Shown piece by piece: positions 1 through 12,091 of a stretch of 34,236 nt of DNA; the stretch's first letter is position 1, and every line of letters starts with the position of its first letter. The stretch covers positions 1 through 34,236 of the forward strand of contig JNET01028165.1 of the NCBI GenBank assembly GCA_000697455.1, in the 5' to 3' direction. Both the position numbers and the translations under genes were made by a program. The notes beneath the pieces are model-generated. The model did not search any database. It was not told the origin of the DNA and saw nothing but the letters and a program-made list of their open reading frames with translations. The stretch comes from Basidiobolus heterosporus B8920 (lineage: Eukaryota).

Positions 1-7
1 TACATAG

Positions 8-3000
8 CAAACTTGAGGGAATTGCGATGAATTTGGTGGGTTTTCAATCTTCTCTCACCGAAGATCAAAGAACCAATTTGTTTGTTGCCATATCTGGATA
101 CGAAGGACTAAACACTCTGGCCCAGAAGTCCAAGCCAATTGTAGTAGAGGAAAATCCGCAAAGCATCATTAGTGTTCCCACTTCAGAAGACGAAGTTACA
201 GAACTAGTGGATGTTGAATCTAAAGCAACCGACCCAGACCAACAAAGTAAACAGGAAGATGCTGATGAATTTATTGATTTGACCAGAGATAATGATGAAT
301 TTGGGGATCTTCCAGACGATGCTTTTGATACACTCTGGCATACGTTCGATGAATCCAATACTGTTACAATTAAGATATCTAGCGATGCGGCCAAACGTAA
401 GCCTGCAGGCTCTTCAGCTGCCACACCAGCTTCGGCACCTAGTAGTAAGCAACTTTACCCCGCTCTTAGCAAGAAGACGTCCAAACCTACATCAAAAACA
501 TCTCAACAAAGAAAGTCAAGTTCTATGCTGAAGCAGATGCGTTCTGAGTTCAAGAAAGACCGCTCTGTATTAGTAACAGCCAATGCCAAGAAAGCCAGTT
601 CTGAAATAAGAAAAGCAAATGAATCAACTCATACCGTCAAACGTGGCCCGGCTATGTCTAACATACCCCCAGCTGGCACAAGCCACCAACGTACAGCACA
701 CAAAGCACAAAATCCGAACCCAGAAAAAGCCGGGAAGGAAAGCGATAGTGATAGTTCAGATGATTCGGACTCTGGAGGTGGCCTTGCTGATATTGCCCAA
801 GATTACCACAAACCCTCGGAAATGCGAAAAGCTCAGCCTAGACGTGGTATAAAATTGATTGATCTGCCAAACTTACGAGCACATCCTTTGGAATTACGAA
901 GAGCTCGTATCGCTACAGAAAATCAAACCAAAGCTCGGCTTACTCCAGATTTATCGCATCTGCATAAATTCATTTTTGGTTGGAAATACAGCGATACTGG
1001 CGATTTGCCAACGAATATTTCCAGATCTGACATTCGGGCGGTGCCTAAAGTATTCGAATCCCCGGAGGAGTACACCGAAGTATTCGAACCCTTACTTTTG
1101 CTCGAGTGCTGGCAGCAACTTGTTCGAGCCAAGGAGGAGAACAACGATTCAGAGGCAGTTGATTGTACGGTAGTCAATCGTCTCATGGTCGATGGTTTCC
1201 ATGATATAACGCTCTCCATGGCATCATCTGATGCTCAAGGAATCAACGACAACGACCTGCTTCACATATTTCGCCAGAAACCCAGTGGCATCAGTGGCGC
1301 CAAGATTACCGATAAATCGTTTCTTTGTAAGGTTCAATCGAGCAATGTTGGGCGTGACATGACTCAAATCACCGTTAGGTCAGCATTTGGTCGAGAGAGC
1401 ACAGAAACGTTACTGGCAATAAATCCCAAGACATTATGGAAAGCTTCGAAACTATTCAGGTTAGTTGCCAAGATTTAATCAATCATTCACTTAATTAATC
1501 AATTGATATATACTAGTTTGACAACTATTCATCGTGAATACTCCGCGTTGCAGAGCATCAGCTATTATAATTTATGTGACGATATTTTACACGCCGAAAG
1601 TAGTTCACCACCCGCTTTGAGCGAAGATTCCGTTGAGAAGTGCATGAAAACGTACCTGGTTAACCAACCTCAAGCTGAAGCTATTATTCATGTATTGCGA
1701 CGAGAGGAAGGGTTCAGTTTGATTCAGGGGTTTGTGTATTTTCTTTTCTGGCGCGCTTACTAGCACTTGTATTAACTTGGATATTCGACTTTTAACCTAA
1801 ACCCTATAGTCCACCTGGAACAGGTAGCGTAACTAGTCAACCTTTCCTTGATGCATCGGCACCCTAACCTTTCTTTTGTTGATTGTAGGAAAAACAAAAA
1901 CCATCCTAGGCCTTATAGGAGCTATCCTGTCATCTAAAAATCAAGATAAATTAGAAACGCGAAGTGAAGAGCCCGTTGTCTCTAAGAAAGTGTTGGTTTG
2001 TGCACCTAGTAATGCTGCAGTCGATGAGTTGGTCAAACGTCTGAAGGATGGAATCCGGGATTCAACTGGATCTGCCTTCAAACCCAAAGTTGTTCGTATT
2101 GGTATCTTTGACAGCATAAATTCAAGTGCCAAGGAAATGTCACTTGAGCACTTGGTTGAGAAAGAAATGAACTCACCCGATTCAGAGTACAGTAAATCCA
2201 AAAAGGAACTCAACAACGCCAGTGGTCATGCAAGTGCCCTCAAGGAGGAAATGAGAGGAATCCTAAAAGAAAGAGATGAACTGAAAGATATGATGTCTCG
2301 ATCAACTGATGCCTTTGCCATTGCCGATATGGAGGCCAAGGTGAAGCAATTAAATTCCAAACGATGGAACTTGGCCAAACAGTTAGACGGTGAAAACGAT
2401 AAGAAGAGTACTAGTTATAGAGCTTTGGATATGGCTAAAAGAAAGATCCGTACGAAGATCTTAACTGAAGCGGATATTGTTTGTGCAACCCTCAGTGGTA
2501 GTGGCCACGAGCAATTAACAAGTCTTGCGGTTGATTTCGAGACGGTCATCATTGACGAGGCTGCACAGTCTATCGAGTTAAGCTCGTTGATTCCTCTCAA
2601 GTACGGCTGCAAACGATGTGTTTTGGTTGGAGGTTAGTCATTTTTAGCTTTTTGCGATATCGCAGCCATTTGAACTTTTATGTGTATAGATCCAAACCAG
2701 CTTCCCCCTACCGTGCTCTCGCAGGTAGCTGCTTCGTATAGTTATGAGCAAAGTTTGTTCGTAAGAATACAGAATCGCTGTCCCGATGCCGTTCATCTCT
2801 TAAGGTAGTTTTCAGATCTAATCACCTTTCTTGCGGTGTAGTATTAACACATAACCTAATTGAAATCAGTATTCAATACCGTATGCACCCAGATATCAGT
2901 GCATTTCCGAGTAAACTGTTTTATGGTTCTAAGCTCCGAGATGGGCCTAATCTTGCTCAAATCAAAACCCAGAAGTGGCATGAGAATCAAAATTTCTCTC

Positions 3001-4524
3001 CTTACAATTTCTTCAATGTTCATTCTGGTAGAGAGGAGATTGGCCGCGGAAAATCCCTGTTCAATTCAAAAGAAGCGGAAATCGCGGTTGCTCTGGTACA
3101 TCATCTTTGCAAAGCCTTTCCCACAATTAACGTAAGGATTTCTATGGTCAATTCACTCCATATGTATCTTATGACTTACCTTGAAAGCCATCTTAGTTTG
3201 CCAATCGGATTGGCATCATTACTCCTTATAAACAGCAGCTACGGGAACTTAGGCGGAAGTTCGAATCAGCCTTCGGGCAGACGATTACCCAGGTGATCGA
3301 TTTTAACACAGTTGTAGGTGCTTAATGCTTTCTCCATTGCCTGGATATATATTCACTTTGTAAATGGAATAGGATGGTTTCCAAGGGCAAGAGAAAGACA
3401 TCATTATCTTTTCCTGCGTAAGAGCTGGCAGTTGTAAGTGGCGATTTGATGCTTGTGAAAAGTTAGTGCATCCATTAACTGTCGTTATTTTAGCCAAGGG
3501 AATTGGTTTTTTGGCAGATATCAGAAGAATGAACGTAGGCCTCACGAGAGCACGCTACTCCCTCTTCATCCTCGGGAATTCCAAATCTCTTCTCGACAAT
3601 AAGTTTTGGCGACCTCTTATTGAAGATGCCAAGGAAAGGAAACGATTTGTAGATGTAATGCCATTTGCGATTGTATATATCAACGTCTCGAAACTAACAA
3701 ACTCTTTCGTATGATTTTTAGTGCGATCTACCTCTCTTTGGGAAGTCCGTGACTAGAAGAATTCCTTCTAATTTAATTACTCCAACAGAGGAAGAGTCAG
3801 TCGCGAAAGATGTAGTATTCTATACAAAAAACAATGAGATCGAACCTATAAAAGAAGTAAAAGCGATGTTTACATCCGCCGAAGAAGAGATCACGGAGAA
3901 ATCATCCGATCGTCAGAGTGATAGTGAAAATAGCCGCAAGTCCCCCTCTCCATCGGTCCCATCTAAATACCAAGGCATAGCTGGCATCAGAGTTAGGACG
4001 AAGGAGCGATCATCTTCAATTGAGAGTGACCGCGAAGGAACCAATGCTAAGAGACCAGTAAAATTCAGTTTACCACCAATACTAATTCTCACATCCGCTA
4101 ATCTTTTCATGTAATACAGCGAACTAACACTGACATCTCCTCAGGAGGAAAACCTCCACCACCGAAAAAGAGATCTACTGCTTTGTTTATTCCGTCCAAC
4201 AAACCCTCAGTTTCTAAAGTACATTACCTCTTCATTGCCTCTTCGTTTGCTTGTAATCGACTTTAATTAACCTTTGATGGCATAGAAACCGTTCCGCAAA
4301 GAGCCAGTGGATGAAAGTAGTCTGACAGTTAAGGAAAGATTAGCTCGATCACAGGTAATTATTCCTATATTTTAGACACAAAGATTGGACCTAATTTCCT
4401 CGATCTTATCACCCAGTTCCGACCACAAGTGTCAAACTTGAACACCCTTCAAAGGAAAGGTCGCCCTAAATCTGAACATTCCGAGAATGTTCTTGATAAT
4501 GTTCTTGACATGATCAAGAAGTGA
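8..4524 (+). CDS. SEN1: Sen1/senataxin-like superfamily 1 RNA/DNA helicase, 3' part (gene begins upstream of the window; multi-exon)
   Basis: Spliced exons give FEPLLLLECWQQL, LTTIHREYSAL, IQGPPGTGKT (Walker A, split by introns), LVCAPSNAAVDE, IIDEAAQ, GDPNQLPPTV, QYRMHPDIS, ITPYKQQ, VDGFQGQEKDII and RRMNVGLTRA. Acceptor TAG at 5-7. C-terminal exons and the stop at 4522-4524 are less certain. Confidence 0.93.
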
Positions 4525-4942
4525 TCGATCTATCTCGATTTAAGCGGGGCGTTCACTTCCCTGCCTCAAAGCATGCCAATTTCATGATCTGCATCAATTG
4601 TTAAATATAGAATTTTCCCATTTCATAATGAGGTACTAAAGGTTTTGGGTGTCTTCGAAAACCTTCATACCAAACTGGATGGTAAATGGTGACTTTAATT
4701 TTTCCCGTAAATACATATAATCACTACATGTCTAAGATAAAGTTAAAAGACTAGTAAATTTGTGGAAACCTTGAATGCGAAACTCGGAGCTGATTCGATC
4801 GGATAATAAGCATTTAAAGAACAATAGATGTTCAATGAACAAGTTGGACACCCAGAGCTCCTTCTAAATAAATGTTATATATGCCAGTATATATAAGAAC
4901 ATTTATAATATAATCGGTTTGATTGAGGTTGAATAACTCGAC

Positions 4943-5927
4943 TCAAGCTGCGAGCATAGGCTCAGCTTTCCTAGGAGTTTTGACCCTGACGGGCATCTCT
5001 TCCTCTTCCTCCTGCTCCTCCTCCTCCTCCTCTTCCACTTCTAGTCAAATACAGTTAACAAATGTTATGTCGCAATGAATGTAATGTAATGTACCTTCAA
5101 CGGGTTGTTGCTCAGGTAGTTTAGATTCGGGAACTTTAGGCAAAGCATCCATTCTTTCTTCGATCTATTAAGTTACACAAGTCAGCGATCCAAGCTATTC
5201 AATCCGTATGGTGCTATCTAAATACCTCTTGCTTTTCAATTTCATCAAGCTGGCGTAGAATGTCTTCCTCATCCTCTTCAGTAATCTTTCCGCTCAATAA
5301 TTCCTCGATTTCCTAGGAAGCCGCACATTAGCCGATTACCTTATGAGTAAAAAAAATAGGAAATGCCACCAACATTCTGATATGCAATAGCGTCAGCAGT
5401 CTCATCCATAAGCTTTTCAACTGCATCTATGGACATTTCTTGGTGGATCTCTTTGAGTACTTCATTACCAGAACTCAAACCAGCCAAAACTTCTTTTTCG
5501 ACCAAAGCAAATTCGATGGAATTGACCTAGCAAACAATGAGGAAATTAGTACGGGATGAACATCCACTACTGCTATCTTGAGTCTGTTAGAACCAACCAG
5601 CTCTTCGAGATTAAGTAACTGTCCATCTGTTTTCTCTAGCAGCTGCTCTTGATATTTCTTCTTTTTAAGCGCCAGCAAAGCGCGCCGTTTATTTCCAATC
5701 TGTAGCTGTTGCTTTGCGATTTCCACCTCTCGATCCAGAACAGTTTGAATCTTAGAGAGAAGAGGATGTACAGATTAATAAATAATTTATAGAAGAATCC
5801 CTCTTTATAGTATGGTGCCCACTTTTTTCTGATAGAGCTTCAACTTGTCCCGTTGAACTTTGAGGTCCAAAATAGCTCGATCTTGACTAGTGATTTTTCG
5901 TTTCTGCTTTCCTTGAGAATTTCCCAT
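4943..5927 (-). CDS. VPS20: ESCRT-III subunit Vps20/CHMP6 (Snf7 family), multi-exon
   Basis: ATG at 5927 gives MGNSQGKQKRKITSQDRAILDLKVQRDKLKLYQKK (myristoylation-type MG start), followed by RALLALKKKKYQEQLLEKTDGQLLNLEEL and an acidic tail ending AEPMLAA* (TGA 4945-4943). Confidence 0.93.
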
Positions 5928-6470
5928 TTCGAAAAAGTCAACCAAGAGATAACGTTCAATATAGCGTGTAGAGGAAATGCAGTACTTGGGAGTTGAATAA
6001 ACTTCAATGTAATATATGCAATTATTCGCATTTAATATATCGGGGAATTCCCACTCTTAAATTTTATGAATTCTAGTGACCCTAAAATATACAAATCCCT
6101 AGGCTCCCGATTATGCTACATATCGGATTGATAGAAATGTCCGTAAATTAAGTCAAGTTTCTCGATTGAATCACACAATAAAAATATACAGAATAGTTAA
6201 CTGCACGCACATCATTGCATGTTCATTTACAATGTATAGTGTTGGATTGGGTTAATATTAGCACTCTTTTGGGAAATTTCGAACCAATAGCTTTGGAATC
6301 AGATAAATTAGTATTCCTATCATCTGGACTGCTGGATGGGTTTGTGACGGGCTAAGTAAAAGACAATAAAAGATTGGTTAGTTAGTATTACGAGGCTATC
6401 TACCCGTACGCATCAAGTACGCATCAACCATCAGATAATTGGGATAGTTGAAAGATAGGAAGAGCTCCCG

Positions 6471-6477
6471 TATATAA
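6471..6477 (+). promoter_or_regulatory. Putative TATA box of the SPX-M14 gene
   Basis: TATATAA about 55 nt upstream of ATG 6533, followed by a C/A-rich leader. Confidence 0.45.
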
Positions 6478-6532
6478 CCCATTTTTCCAACAAAACTACC
6501 TCACTAACTTTTACAAAAAGTCTTGAGCCATC

Positions 6533-8707
6533 ATGAAATTTGCTAAACAACTTGCTCTACGCTCTATTCCTACTTGGGCTATCTATTACATTGACTACAA
6601 ACAATTGAAGAAATTCATTAAGGATTCTGAGATCACATATGAAGGTATGGGTTTCCGGCTTTTGTGTATGCCGTTCACTATTACTATAGGCGCTTAACTA
6701 CATCCCTATCTTATCTTTATCAAGAGAGCGGAAAAGATCGAGCTGCGTTAGACAAGATAACTCACGACTTCAAGGCACTTATCAATATCGAACTAGACAA
6801 AGTGGAGGAAAGGTATCAAAGCATGGAGAAGAGTTCGAGTGAAAAAATTGGTCATCTAAAGTCAAAGGTGAGCCAGGTAACTTGCCAGTTTTTCATTTTA
6901 CCTGCTAACAACTATGTCATACCAGTGGAGTCCAGACCTTTCTCCCGAGGATCAAGAAAAATGGTTTGTCGTATCTCCTCAAGTTCTTTTTAGTGCAGCT
7001 TCTAATTGACAACCGAAGGAAAACTGACTTTACAAAGCTTCTGCGAACTCTTGAGTATCTGTCGGGTAGATGGTGTTTGCTGATTTCCCCATATTTTTCA
7101 ATAATTGAATTTTTCATATTAGAATTTACGCAAACAAATATTGTTGGATTTCAGAAGATCTTGAAGAAGTTTGATAAGCATTTTGATGTAACTTGGGGGA
7201 AAGAGTTTTGGCCAGAAATCACTACCAAGAAGTTTGCCAACTCCGAAAAGGAGGAAAACTTGTTGCACGAGGCTAGACAGGTATGAAGTTTCTGAGTCAT
7301 GAAATCTTGAAAGTCAGGGCTTTATGTTGCCCATCTATGCAGGTTTGGCGAAAGAGAGTCCCTGTAGCTCCACTGGAGCCTAAAAGAAGCCTTGATGTGG
7401 TTAATTCAGAAATTCCTACTGTCTCTGCTCTGGACCTCCAATCGCTTCCGAGTGGTCAAGTGCACCGCTTCTGGGTGGCGCTTTCCGAGGATGGCCTAAA
7501 CCTCCCTATTAAAGTTCCAGTCATTATAGCGAAGGTACAGTCTAGCTATCTCCTCTCTGCATGATGACCTAATATTATTTGATTAGGGAGTCAAGCCTGG
7601 ACCTACCTTGGGAATCACTGCTGCGCTTCATGGAAACGAATTGAACGGTATTCCATTGATCCACAGGCTATTCCGTGAACTTGAGTGCGATGCATTGCAT
7701 GGAATTGTGGTAGCTGTACCTGTGGCAAATGCCCCGGGGTACTTGAGAAGTCAGAGGACCTACAGCGATGGGACGGACCTCAATAGGCTGATGCCAGGGT
7801 ATCTATATTCTGCCTCTTTACATATAGGATATTTCATGTCTTCTGACTTGAATGGTTTCTTGACTTAGAAAGAAGAATGGCTCTACCTCCCAAGTGTATG
7901 CGTACAACCTGATGGAGCGAGTTGTATCCCACTTCGACTACCTACTAGATTTGCATACAGCGAGCAAGGGCCGAGTGAATTCACTCTATGTCCGTGCTAA
8001 TATGACTGACATCAACACCCAACGGATGGCGACTCTTCAGAATCCTCAGGTCTGTGTGGCACCCAATCAAACTTAAACCAACAATAATTACTTACATTGG
8101 TCAATCTAAGATCATTGTCCATAACACAAGCCCTGACGGCTCACTTCGTGGGGCAGCAATGGAGAGAGGAATCCCAGCTATTACAGGTTAGCCTCCTTAA
8201 CTATATAAAGTTTAGTACCCCTTTAGAGCTTACGTACATGTCAGTTGAAATCGGAGACCCATCACGCTTCCAAAAGCGATTCGTCAAGAATGCGTTGTTG
8301 GGGGTCACCAATATCATATCGCATCTCCAGATGGTAGAAGACGAGCCCGATCACCCAGAATACGATCCTGTGGTGTGCTCGAAAAGTGTTAGTTACTCAT
8401 CACTCATAACTTTGCTTACAGATCCTAACTTAATCTATACTGTGCCCTCGCCTAGTACTGGATCTTTGCCCCGTCTGGAGGAATTCTGTCTGTGCTTCCA
8501 GATGTCAACACTTGGGTCAAGAGGAACGAGCCAATTGCCTACCTCCATAATATTTTCGGCGATTTGGAGGCTACTTATTACGCACCAGAGGATGGGATCG
8601 TAATAGGAAAGAATGTCGATCCTGTGTGCCAATCTGGTAATCGGATCTTACATTTGGGCGTGGTCGATAGCACCTTCCCCGAATACGTAAACGATGGACA
8701 TTTATGA
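6533..8707 (+). CDS. SPX domain fused to a succinylglutamate desuccinylase/aspartoacylase-like (peptidase M14, AstE/AspA) zinc hydrolase; about 517 aa, 11 exons
   Basis: Exons 6533-6644, 6725-6867, 6926-6963, 7019-7065, 7123-7280, 7343-7534, 7587-7798, 7869-8049, 8111-8186, 8245-8387 and 8456-8707 join in frame (1554 nt, all GT-AG introns). SPX motifs: MKFAKQL...W..YYIDYKQLKKFIK, ELDKV, N..GFQKILKKFDK. M14 motifs: AALHGNELNG, DLNR, LDLHT, VEIG, plus a C-terminal barrel-sandwich-like segment (AP.GG...FGD...APEDGIVIG). Confidence 0.9.
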
Positions 8708-9231
8708 AGCTTTGATTTGTAATGTCTATATATTTATTGGTTAGTGGTTAGTGATCTCTGTTGAAACCCTTCACATAAAATTGGTGTATTGGAATGGACG
8801 TGATAGGAAGCGTAGTAATGAGTAGTGGTTACAATGTTGATTATTATATATATGTTAATACATATACTTTTATTATGTCTACCTAAAGGGTAACCCACGA
8901 GCGATTATATACTACCGCTGCCATCCACAGCACCAACACCAAATAGGCCTTGATTTTCAATGAATATAACAAACCCTCCTCATAGTGCGAATAGACGGTC
9001 ACAATCCAATCACGTGATTGGTTCTTGGGTTTTTTTATCGACTACCGCAGCTGTAGTGCTTTCTCTTTTTTCGTATCTGTCCTTTTTTAAGCAGGATAGG
9101 GAAAGTTTTCGTTTGATTTACACAGAGCCAGCTTGTCTTGGTAACATACTTGAGTCACTGTGGAACGAAAACCTCTTAGATCGGAAAGCATCACACCAGT
9201 CTCTTTAGGATATTTCTGATAGTTACAAACA

Positions 9232-9525
9232 ATGACCTCTTTTTACGATGAAGTAGAGATCGAAGATTTGGAATTCGACGAAGAAAACGAAATTTATCAT
9301 TATCCTTGTCCTTGTGGGGATCGTTTCGAGATCACTCTAGAGGAACTGTACGATGGCGAAGAGATTGCTCGTTGTCCAAGTTGTTCCTTAATCATCCGAG
9401 TCATTTATGATCCGGTATTTTTTCTTTCTCCTCTCGACTATATTCAATCAGCTATAAACTAAACTAAATTCACTTATTAGGACGAATTTCAGCGGGATGA
9501 TGAAGAAAGTACAGTCCAGCTGTAA
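9232..9525 (+). CDS. DPH3: Diphthamide biosynthesis protein 3 / Kti11 (CSL zinc finger)
   Basis: YDEVEIEDL...[11 protein letters not shown]...[13 protein letters not shown]. Intron 9415-9480; the last exon ends in TAA at 9525. Confidence 0.96.
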
Positions 9526-10549
9526 ACTGCTCCTCTACGATATCTTCACCCTTCCTCGCATTACTGATTCCTCAGCATAACAGCTCGCAAACCCATCTTC
9601 GTACATTATTTAGAACTGCTCAACATATCGACAAATGAATATTGAATATATATTTGTCTAGCTAAACTCACTGGCCAAATAAATGCCTTCTTACCTATGA
9701 TGATATTTCGTGTACTTCATACTGGTGTAATGGATACAGTAGTGTGAAAGATAAACGGATAATAGAGCACTACTTTTGATCCATATTTTGATAAAAACTG
9801 GTCAACATTGATTTTGAGCTAGCGAGTTGAGCATGTGAAGATAATCTCTACTAAACACCAGGTTTGACACAAAGTGTTTACATCAATCATCCGTGGAATA
9901 ATAACGTAGTTGATTAAACCGTGTTACCACACAACGGAGATATTGGAGCTCATTCCCAAGCTGGACCAATAAAGGTCTGTGATACTTGGCTTACAAAATG
10001 GACTTGATAGAACCTTCACCGTAGCACAATTTTGGCTGAACAAGTGTCGAATAGGTAATGAACAACAAAAATCAATCTTCAGCCATTGAAGCAGCTGGAA
10101 GACTTGGTTCAAGTAAATTCACCACCCGGTGAGCTCAATCATTCAACATACTTTACTCGAATACCGATTAAAGCGAATCCAGAGCGTTACCTCATTCGGT
10201 TCCACTTCCTTGTTTATGTTAGTCAAATACCCGTTTTTGCCAGAAAAATGACGACGTCTTTGATAAATACTTTTTAGGACAATTCTTCGTTGAGGTCAGA
10301 GTACAATTGAGTACAGCATTCCCACTATTTCCCTTCTGTTTTCTCTACCTATTTTAGTAAGACTTGACAATAAGAACAGCAAGACGGAGCCTCATCACCA
10401 CGAGATAAATTTGGTGTTTGTTGTTCGTTTGCCACTGTATCCAATCTATCTCTTTCAGTCAGAAGGCTCCTCCTCTCTACCTTCCACCTTTCGTATACAT
10501 TTTGATCTGTTTATTTCTTGATAGATTATATTCATTAGTATTCCAAGCC

Positions 10550-12091
10550 ATGACCAGGAGTTTAAGTACGAGAAGGAGAAATCTGCCAATACCTTTAAAT
10601 ATCATGGTTGTCGGTTTGGCAGGGTCAGGGAAAACTTCTTTTATAAACACTTTTATAAAATCCCTCGAAGTTGGTGAGCAGCACAACGATATCAAGGAGA
10701 AAGCGCCCTTGTTTCAATACAATCAAACCTCCGAAATTACCACTAGAAAGGTCACAACAACCAGTCAAGGGCTCAGACTAGCACTGAGTTTCATAGATAC
10801 ACCAGGGTTTGAGGTACGCCGAGCGTCAGAAGCTCGGAAGGAACCAATTTTGGAATATATAAAAAATTCGTTATTTCTTAGATTACAGGAGGTCTTTCTT
10901 TTTCGTACTTATTGTTTACTTTGGTCAAATACTAAACAAACATTAACTTTCATTTTATAGGAGACTAGACTAAAACGAAATACAAAACCCAAAGAAGAGC
11001 AAATTCACGTATGTCTATTCTTTGTTCAGCCCAGTCTGGTTCATGTTTCCGAGACAGAATTAGCGTTTGCAAAGAGACTTTCGAAATACGTGAATATACT
11101 TCCAGTCATTGGTAAAGCAGACAACTACACAGTTTCCGAGCTTAGAGAAATGAAGTCAGTCATTCAAAGAGACTTTAGGTTCCATTCAATTCCGATTTTT
11201 GACTTCTCGGATGAGGAGCAGGAGGAGGAGGAAGAGATACGATGTGAAAATGAGAAACTGAGAGATTTACTTCCGTTTACTTTGATTTCAAGCGAGGAAG
11301 TTCAACCACGAAATTCGGAAGGTATTCGTGTTCTTGGAAGAGAATACAGTTGGGGAGTTGTTGAGTGTTTTAACCCCAACCATAGTAATATGGCTTCTTT
11401 GAAATCAGCTTTGCTCGAAACACATCTACATGTTTTGAAAGAGATCACTTACCTTCGGTTGTACGAAGACTACCGGACAGAACAACTTTTGAGCGATTTG
11501 AGGCTAAAGTCTATCCGATATTCCAAGGACGAGAAAGTCACATGTCTGAAAGAAACATTCTCTCCATCTAAACCATCTGCTAAGCCACTAGATGATGAAA
11601 TCGTTGAATCGAAATTAGAATCATCATCTGATAGTGGATTTTCGTGGGATAGCACATCGAATTTTCACGAAATCAATCATCCAATCTCATCGCCCCCTAC
11701 TAGAGCAGTCAACACTTCAGTTGTGCCCGGAACCTCCCAGTCAACCAACAAGCCGCAACTTCGCAACTCCTCTGGAAAGTCCGTACGACAATTGAACAAG
11801 CTATACAGTACTACGGAGACGGAAACGAGGACCTTGTCTGATATTCGTCACAACCATGAATTATTTACACATCCCGAAAATCCTTGCCAAACTGAGTCAA
11901 TCAAGTACCAAGCATTACCTGTATCACCTCGCATAAAGTTAGAAAGGCCTTTAGCCGGACAAGTTCCTAAGGAATTAGTTTTGCCGACTCTACCTGAAAA
12001 CAAGAATCCACCTGTGTCGACCCATCCTTCACCAAAGCCCTGCAAGTTTCGAAAGACATCAAGGCGTCGTCACGTCAATTGTACAATGTAA
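10550..12091 (+). CDS. Divergent septin GTPase with a long low-complexity C-terminal tail
   Basis: NIMVVGLAGSGKTSFINT (G1), IDTPGF (G3), HVCLFF, NILPVIGKAD (G4) and GREYSWGVVE..N..HS (septin unique element). Intron 10892-10960 joins the two ORFs in frame. Confidence 0.9.

Noticed and set aside
4632..4671. Hairpin (GGTA..AAGGTTTT/AAAACCTT..TACC) downstream of SEN1, considered as a SECIS or ncRNA
   Set aside because: It lacks the SECIS GA quartet geometry, there is no in-frame TGA gene nearby, and the stem is short and AT-rich.
4997..5036. (TCC)n trinucleotide repeat
   Set aside because: It encodes the poly-Glu acidic tail of Vps20 on the minus strand.
5928..6532. Pho4-type CACGTG/CACGTT sites in the SPX-M14 promoter
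   Set aside because: None seen in the divergent VPS20/SPX-M14 intergenic region, so there is no sequence support for transcriptional PHO control.
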